This document shows positions 26,884 to 32,000 of a stretch of DNA of 32,000 bases, one piece after another. Source of the DNA: Alkanindiges sp. WGS2144 (GTDB lineage: Bacteria > Pseudomonadota > Gammaproteobacteria > Pseudomonadales > Moraxellaceae); the NCBI RefSeq assembly GCF_043950625.1, contig NZ_CP171007.1; one strand, given 5' to 3'. The notes beneath the pieces are model-generated. The model had not been told where the DNA came from. It worked only from the letters and a program-made list of their open reading frames with translations, and ran no database searches. Position 1 is the stretch's first letter, and each line of letters opens with the position of its first letter. A program made the translations under genes and the position numbers.

Positions 26884-28320
26884 ATGAAGTCGTTTGTACT
26901 GTACAACTCCGAACTACGCAAAAAAGTTGAGTTTGTGCCCAGAGTGCCGGGGCAGATTGGCCTGTATGTGTGTGGAATGACAGTCTACGATTATTGTCAT
27001 ATTGGACATGCCCGGGTGATGGTGGCTTTTGATTACATTGTGCGTTTTTTACATAGTCAGGGCTGGCAGGTCAAATATGTGCGCAATATTACTGATATTG
27101 ATGACAAAATTATTAACCGAGCTAATGAGAACAACGAAAGCATTGGCGAACTTACCGCACGTTTTATTGATGCCATGAATGAAGACGCTGGCCGCCTGGG
27201 TTGTTTGCCGCCTGATGAAGCACCCAAGGCAACTGACTATATTGACCAGATGCAGGGCATGATTAACACCTTAATTGCAAAAGATCATGCCTATGCCGCC
27301 CAAAATGGTGATGTTTATTATGCTGTAGACAGTTTTGAAAAATACGGACGTTTATCCGGCCGTAAGCTTGAGGACATGCAGGCGGGTGCCAGTGAGCGTA
27401 CTGATGTAGAAGTTGATAAGAAAAATCCATTTGATTTTGTGCTATGGAAAGCGGCCAAGCCAGGTGAACCGGCCTGGCAGTCGCCATGGGGTAATGGTCG
27501 CCCAGGTTGGCATATTGAATGCTCAGCGATGTCCACATGCTGCTTAGGCAATAATTTTGATATTCATGGCGGTGGCGGTGATTTGCTATTCCCACATCAT
27601 GAAAATGAAATTGCCCAAAGTGAAGGGGCGACTGGTGAAACCTATGTGAACAACTGGATGCATGTGGGTTTTGTCAATGTAGATGGCGAAAAGATGTCCA
27701 AATCACTAGGCAACTTTTTTACCATCCGTGATGTGATGCAAAAATTCACTCCAGAGGTAATCCGCTATTTTATTGTGGCCAGTCATTATCGTAGCCCGAT
27801 TAATTTTTCTGATACTGCCTTAAAAGAAGCCAAAACAGCGTTAACCCGTTTTTATAATACTTTAAAGCTGGTGCAGGATCAGCCTGGCATTCCAGTGCTT
27901 GATCAGGCAGCACTAGAAAGTCATGCGTTTACTGCGCGTTTTAATGCTGCCATGAGCGATGACTTTAATACCCCTGAAGCGCTGGCTGTGTTGTTTGAGC
28001 TGGTGCGTGATATTAACCGGGCTTTACAAGCAGGCCAAGCCGGTGAGGCAGGCCATTTGGCTGCTGTACTTAAATATCTGGGTAGTATTTTGGGTTTATT
28101 GCAGCAGGCACCTCAGCAATTCTTGCATAGCAGTGCTGATGCTCAGGATGGCGACGATAATCTGTCAGATACAGATATTCAGGCTGCTATAGAGGCACGC
28201 CATCAGGCTAAAGTGAACAAGCAATATGCCGAAGCGGATCGCATTCGTAAAGAGCTGCTGGAAAAAGGCATTATTCTGGAGGATAGTAAAGCAGGCACTA
28301 CCTGGCGGCGGGCAGACTAG
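26884..28320 (+). CDS. cysS: cysteine--tRNA ligase
   Basis: HIGH-type motif CHIGHAR, the KMSKS motif, and WHIECSAM are present. The track start (TTG at 26815) is over-extended. The ATG at 26884 gives [17 protein letters not shown], a typical CysS N-terminus. Confidence 0.95.
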   Translation: MKSFVLYNSELRKKVEFVPRVPGQIGLYVCGMTVYDYCHIGHARVMVAFDYIVRFLHSQGWQVKYVRNITDIDDKIINRANENNESIGELTARFIDAMNEDAGRLGCLPPDEAPKATDYIDQMQGMINTLIAKDHAYAAQNGDVYYAVDSFEKYGRLSGRKLEDMQAGASERTDVEVDKKNPFDFVLWKAAKPGEPAWQSPWGNGRPGWHIECSAMSTCCLGNNFDIHGGGGDLLFPHHENEIAQSEGATGETYVNNWMHVGFVNVDGEKMSKSLGNFFTIRDVMQKFTPEVIRYFIVASHYRSPINFSDTALKEAKTALTRFYNTLKLVQDQPGIPVLDQAALESHAFTARFNAAMSDDFNTPEALAVLFELVRDINRALQAGQAGEAGHLAAVLKYLGSILGLLQQAPQQFLHSSADAQDGDDNLSDTDIQAAIEARHQAKVNKQYAEADRIRKELLEKGIILEDSKAGTTWRRAD

Positions 28321-28363
28321 CTTTGCTTGCTAACAGGCAAGCATAAAATTTATTCACTTGAAT

Positions 28364-28396
28364 AAATGGCTGTGCAAAATGAGTTGACAGCCATTT
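28364..28396 (+). terminator. 10-11 bp hairpin downstream of cysS; candidate terminator overlapping the tRNA promoter -35
   Basis: aaatggctgt (28364-28373) is the exact reverse complement of acagccattt (28387-28396), with a 13-nt loop, followed by AATTTTG. A second, weaker hairpin pairs tgcttgc with gcaagca at 28324-28343. Confidence 0.4.
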
Positions 28397-28411
28397 AATT
28401 TTGCATAAAAT
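28384..28411 (+). promoter_or_regulatory. candidate sigma70 promoter for tRNA-Gly
   Basis: Consensus -35 TTGACA (28384-28389), a 16-nt spacer, and -10 TAAAAT (28406-28411), about 45 nt upstream of the mature tRNA 5' end. Confidence 0.5.
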
Positions 28412-28456
28412 GCCACTCACCAAGTTGCTGTTGTTATGCAGGCTTGAGTTGAATAT

Positions 28457-28532
<76 letters not shown>

Positions 28533-28537
28533 TTTTT

Positions 28538-28568
28538 AGGATCAGCCCCAAAACTGATCCTTTTTTTT
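28538..28568 (+). terminator. intrinsic terminator after tRNA-Gly
   Basis: aggatcag pairs with ctgatcct around an 8-nt loop, followed by a T8 run. Confidence 0.85.
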
Positions 28569-28675
28569 GTCTATTGAAAAATATAAGAAGATTTTTATTT
28601 AATTTGCTTTATTTTTTGGGTCTGTAGCTGGTTGTTTTATTTACGCCTGAAGATAGAAACTACTTATGCCCTATG

Positions 28676-29452
28676 TTATGCAGGCATTGCAAACACCCCT
28701 TGATATAAAAATTGCGATAACTCAAAGTAGAATATGTGTGAGCATTCAACAGCCTTAAATATCACCTCATCTGAGCCTACATCACAAAACCACTGTTGTC
28801 GATCCAATGGGCTGTGCTGACTAAAGGCACTTGCGGTAAATAATCCCACACATGTGGCATGACTGGTTGCATGGTTACTTGCCCGTGCTGATGGATATTC
28901 AAAGACTGCGACGCCATCATTTCGCATGGCTGTACCCAATTGCTGGGGATGAGAGTAATTGATAGGATGAGCGATCAAGTCCAGATGCACATCAAACGGT
29001 GCAGATTGTAGTTGAATCCCTTGATCGCTGTGATAACCAACCGAAAATAATGTATGTTCCGAGCGTAGGGTATTTTTTGGCGGTTTGCCATCCATGGAAT
29101 GCCAGAACACAAAACGATAATACGCTGACTCTGCCAGCGTCACATCTACACTGCATCCCCCATAAAAAATACTGGGTTCAAATGTCCGGCCAAAACGTGA
29201 CCCCCACTTTAACGGTGGGTAGCGAAATGGGGTTTTGAGCAAATAGTGCAAGTGGCCAGAATGGTGAGGGTAGGGTGGCTTAACCGTCTCCAGCATCTCT
29301 TCGAGTATTGCCTGTTCTTCTAATGTATCAACCAGTTGTCGTGTGGCAATGTGTTCCTGACTCTCAACCAGGCGATACAAGATGCCAGACAGAGGTATAA
29401 TATATTTGTGTCCCTCACACGTATGCCAGAGACTATCAGCAACGGTTGTCAC
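28676..29452 (-). CDS. RES-domain toxin (RES family NAD+-degrading enzyme, MbcT / Xre-RES type)
   Basis: 258 aa. It has the YRLVESQEHIATRQLVDTLEEQAILEEMLE N-terminal segment typical of this family. The R-E-S positions are in GSRFGR, TLAESAYY and YPSARAS. The GTG start overlaps the antitoxin TGA stop by 4 nt. Confidence 0.85.
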   Translation of the reverse strand: MTTVADSLWHTCEGHKYIIPLSGILYRLVESQEHIATRQLVDTLEEQAILEEMLETVKPPYPHHSGHLHYLLKTPFRYPPLKWGSRFGRTFEPSIFYGGCSVDVTLAESAYYRFVFWHSMDGKPPKNTLRSEHTLFSVGYHSDQGIQLQSAPFDVHLDLIAHPINYSHPQQLGTAMRNDGVAVFEYPSARASNHATSHATCVGLFTASAFSQHSPLDRQQWFCDVGSDEVIFKAVECSHIFYFELSQFLYQGVFAMPA

Positions 29453-29820
29453 ACCTTACCCCGAATGGCATCGATAAATTGTAAGACTGCAACTAATCCG
29501 CTAATACTTTCAATTTGTTGCACAGGAACGCCACCTGTTACCCGGTTAGGGGTAATCATAAAATGACGCATCCAGTCCGCATCACCACCGGTGAGCGCGT
29601 ATAACGCCCTATGCATACGAATGAGTAATAATGCCAGCTCTCCCTGTTTGGAAGCAGGATCTAATTGGAGGTTACTTTTTAATCGGCTGATTGCGGTGCG
29701 ATGCACACCCAGAATCGCTGCGAGTTGAGCTTGTTTCAGGTCAAGCTGTTCAGCCGCATTGAGTACCGCCTTAGCCAACACGATTTTTTTATCTACTGGT
29801 TGTTTTAATAATACACTCAT
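29449..29820 (-). CDS. Xre-family antitoxin with a C-terminal DUF2384 (MbcA/ParS toxin-binding) domain
   Basis: 123 aa. The N-terminal HTH is LKQAQLAAILGVHRTAISRLK. The C-terminal segment WMRHFMITPNRVTGGVPVQQIES matches the DUF2384 pattern. It lies directly upstream of the RES gene and is translationally coupled to it. Confidence 0.85.
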   Translation of the reverse strand: MSVLLKQPVDKKIVLAKAVLNAAEQLDLKQAQLAAILGVHRTAISRLKSNLQLDPASKQGELALLLIRMHRALYALTGGDADWMRHFMITPNRVTGGVPVQQIESISGLVAVLQFIDAIRGKV

Positions 29821-29849
29821 GACTAAGCTCTAAAGTCAGATTTGCACCT

Positions 29850-29878
29850 ATTGTAGCCTATATGTGCTATTTGCACAA
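29850..29878 (-). promoter_or_regulatory. candidate promoter/operator of the Xre-RES operon
   Basis: On the minus strand: -35 TTGTGC (29878-29873), a 17-nt spacer, and -10 TACAAT (29855-29850). The inverted repeat tgtgc-N5-gcaca (29863-29877) overlaps the -35. The motif ATTTGCAC occurs twice (29840-29847 and 29869-29876). Confidence 0.35.
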
Positions 29879-30465
29879 TTAATAGCAAGCTAGTAATAGC
29901 TAGATGTCATTGCTTAAGAGGATAACAATATGGATGCAAGAGATTGCTGATGCTGCATATCAACTTCAGCTAGAGGATAGTGTGAGATTTGCTTTACTCT
30001 TCTAAATCAAATTTTTATCAGCAATAAAATAGTCAGTACGCTGAATTATCGTTATTAATTGATTTGCAGACGGACTAGTTGGATTTTAGCCTGAGTAATT
30101 TTAAGCTCGCCAAAGCTTCCATGAAAATCCATGGCAAGGTGAGTTATGGTAGTGAGTTCTCCGCAAAGATTTGTCAGGCCGGTTTCGTAGTCTCCATATA
30201 ATCTTTATTGATATAAGCGGCACGCTGTTATTTTCCCCCATATTTTAAATGAGGCTATAATAAAAGATTCCGAAAAATTATTTTTTTATAATCATTTGAT
30301 TTTTATGATAAAAAAGCTTTATATTTTTGTAATTTTAGGGAAATAAATTCTCTTTGAAAATAAATGCTTATAATTTTATGCTGAAAAATCCCAATAAAAA
30401 TATTTCAGTTTTGTGTCAAATCAACGATCATTGTGCCGTTTTCAGGATACAAGCAGACGTTGCGA

Positions 30466-32000
30466 ATGCCTCATTCAAAAATACATGCCCCTGCACACTG
30501 GTTATTTAAGCCATTTGTTGCACTCATTATTTTAGGTGGTCTTCTCTATGTGGCTATTCAGCTGAATGCTGATTTGGCTTCATCATCACAAATTCCCATG
30601 ATTTCCTTTGTCATGCTCGGCCTGGCCTTGCTGGTGGCACTGGGTTTTGAATTTGTTAACGGTTTTCATGATACAGCCAATGCGGTAGCGACGGTTATTT
30701 ATACCAATGCCATGCCACCGCATCCAGCAGTGATCTGGTCGGGTTTTTTTAATTTTCTGGGCGTATTGCTGTCTAGTGGGGCAGTGGCCTATGGAATTTT
30801 GGCTCTGTTGCCAGTTGAGTTGATTTTAAACGTGGGTACCAATGCTGGTTTTGCCATGATCTTTGCGCTCCTTATTGCCGCAATTATCTGGAACATTGGT
30901 ACATGGTATTTTGGTATTCCTGCTTCTAGTTCCCACACACTCATTGGTTCTATTGTAGGTGTAGGACTGATGAACCAGCTGCTGGCATCGCCCAATATTG
31001 CTACCAGCAGCCTGGACTGGTCTCAGGTCGCCAAGGTAGGTACCGCGCTGATTTTGTCGCCTATTATTGGGTTTACTGTGGCAGCGCTGGTTTTACTCAT
31101 ATTACGCCGTCTTCTAAAAAGCCGGCCAGAACTATTTACCCCACCAGAAGGTAACGCACCACCTCCTTTCTGGATTCGGGTATTACTGATTTTGACCTGT
31201 ACTGGTGTGAGCTTTGCCCATGGCTCCAATGACGGGCAGAAGGGCATGGGACTGATTATGCTGATTTTAATTGGTATTGTGCCACTGTCATACTCCCTGA
31301 ACCGTACAATGGACGCGACGCAGGCACAGACTTTTGCCGCTATTTCTGAAAAAGCCTCAAGTTTGCTGGCAGATGAGCGTCACCTGAATATACCTGATGA
31401 ACGTGCACGTGAAATCGTTACCCACTATTTGCAGGATCAGCACCGTACTACAGAGTTGTTGCCTGCGATCAGTGTGCTTGCACATGCAGTAGGTGCGGAT
31501 GTAGCACGTTATGGTGCGCTTGATAAAGTACCTACTGAAGCAACCCGTAACCTGCGTAATGACATGTACTTAAATGCTACGGCGCTAAAACGCCTGGGTA
31601 AGGAAGGTGCGCTGGACTATTTGTCGCCAGTTGATCAGCAAATGGTTAAAGCCTATAGGGAGCAGCTTGACCGTGCTACCCAGTTTATTCCTATCTGGGT
31701 TAAGGTGGCGGTGGCGATTGCGCTGGGTATGGGCACTATGGTGGGCTGGAAGCGTGTAGTACGAACTGTTGGTGAACGTATTGGCAAGCAGCATCTGACC
31801 TATGCACAGGGCGCGTCTGCTGAAGCCGTGGCAATGAGCACGATTAGTATTGCTGATACCTTTGGTATGCCGGTGAGCACCACACAGGTGGTTTCCAGTG
31901 CGGTAGCAGGGACTATGGTGGCCAATAAGGCGGGTTTGCAGTTAAGAACCATCAAGATGATTTTATCTGCCTGGTTATTAACCCTGCCGGCTTCCATTAT
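30466..32000 (+). CDS. pitA: inorganic phosphate transporter, PitA/PHO4 family; 3' end runs off the window
   Basis: This gene is not in the supplied ORF track because it has no stop codon in the window. The frame is open from the ATG at 30466 to the window end. My translation gives FEFVNGFHDTANAVATVIYT, GIPASSSHTLIGSIVG and FAHGSNDGQKGMGLI, the duplicated PHO4 signatures, set among multiple hydrophobic helices. Confidence 0.9.
   Translation, partial: MPHSKIHAPAHWLFKPFVALIILGGLLYVAIQLNADLASSSQIPMISFVMLGLALLVALGFEFVNGFHDTANAVATVIYTNAMPPHPAVIWSGFFNFLGVLLSSGAVAYGILALLPVELILNVGTNAGFAMIFALLIAAIIWNIGTWYFGIPASSSHTLIGSIVGVGLMNQLLASPNIATSSLDWSQVAKVGTALILSPIIGFTVAALVLLILRRLLKSRPELFTPPEGNAPPPFWIRVLLILTCTGVSFAHGSNDGQKGMGLIMLILIGIVPLSYSLNRTMDATQAQTFAAISEKASSLLADERHLNIPDERAREIVTHYLQDQHRTTELLPAISVLAHAVGADVARYGALDKVPTEATRNLRNDMYLNATALKRLGKEGALDYLSPVDQQMVKAYREQLDRATQFIPIWVKVAVAIALGMGTMVGWKRVVRTVGERIGKQHLTYAQGASAEAVAMSTISIADTFGMPVSTTQVVSSAVAGTMVANKAGLQLRTIKMILSAWLLTLPASI

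Noticed and set aside
28602-29996. 10-bp direct repeat ATTTGCTTTA at 28602-28611 and 29987-29996 flanking the RES-Xre pair
   Set aside because: By my estimate, a single 10-mer match between two AT-rich spacers of ~100 and ~650 bp is expected by chance at roughly the 0.1-0.5 level. There is no associated recombinase.
29934-30005. 23-aa small ORF (MQEIADAAYQLQLEDSVRFALLF) preceded by AAGAGGA
   Set aside because: It is too short and has no recognisable family. One SD-like motif in AT-rich DNA is not enough to call a gene.
30133-30165. Weak resemblance to the 3' half of tRNA-Gly (gcaaggt ... gtgagttc ... tccgc), which might mark an att remnant bounding the TA islet
   Set aside because: The matches are only short patches separated by gaps and do not form a contiguous repeat of the tRNA 3' end. 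This is consistent with chance.
30282-30315. AT-rich imperfect palindrome TTTTTTATAATCAT-N-ATGATAAAAAA. One arm resembles a XerD half-site (TTATGATAAAA vs TTATGTTAAAT).
   Set aside because: There is no matching XerC arm at the correct 6-nt spacing. Palindromic runs are common in ~20% GC sequence. I do not call it a dif/pdif site.
30789-31997. Four minus-strand ORFs of 65-74 aa listed in the track
   Set aside because: They are antisense to the PitA reading frame that I translated from the plus strand.

Overview
This 32 kb window is mostly housekeeping chromosome from a gammaproteobacterium. The gene content, including a TyrA-AroA fusion, tusDCBE and kdsD-kdsC-lptCAB, tentatively suggests Moraxellaceae or an Acinetobacter-like organism; that placement is inference only. 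I call 31 protein-coding genes and one tRNA. In order they are: tyrA/aroA (5' partial), a PIF1/RecD-like helicase, an AraC-family regulator, fpr, trmO, an orphan GspE/PilB-family ATPase, and a disordered TPR-like lipoprotein. Next come tusE-tusB-tusC-tusD, a GalE-like SDR, fumC, glcB, nadK, a yeaC-like gene, sohB, a 154-aa unknown and a TrpD2/YbiB-like protein. The last group is an LCAD-like acyl-CoA dehydrogenase, a small Cys-containing lipoprotein, lptB-lptA-lptC-kdsC-kdsD, cysS, tRNA-Gly(GCC), a RES-Xre toxin-antitoxin pair, and pitA (3' partial). pitA is missing from the supplied ORF track because it has no stop codon inside the window. Several track ORFs are over-extended at the 5' end, and I give corrected starts for them. 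I see no CRISPR array, IS or transposase, integrase, or phage genes. I find no convincing multi-gene novel system. The only clearly accessory module is the RES-Xre pair beside tRNA-Gly. The items most worth a second look are: (1) the GalE-like protein, whose catalytic YxxxK dyad reads FxxxL; (2) the GspE-family ATPase with no secretion partners, convergent with a disordered lipoprotein; (3) a perfect 22-bp palindrome and a perfect 18-bp palindrome in intergenic regions; (4) the TrpD2-like plus unknown gene pair. All functional calls rest on motif recognition by eye, since no searches could be run.
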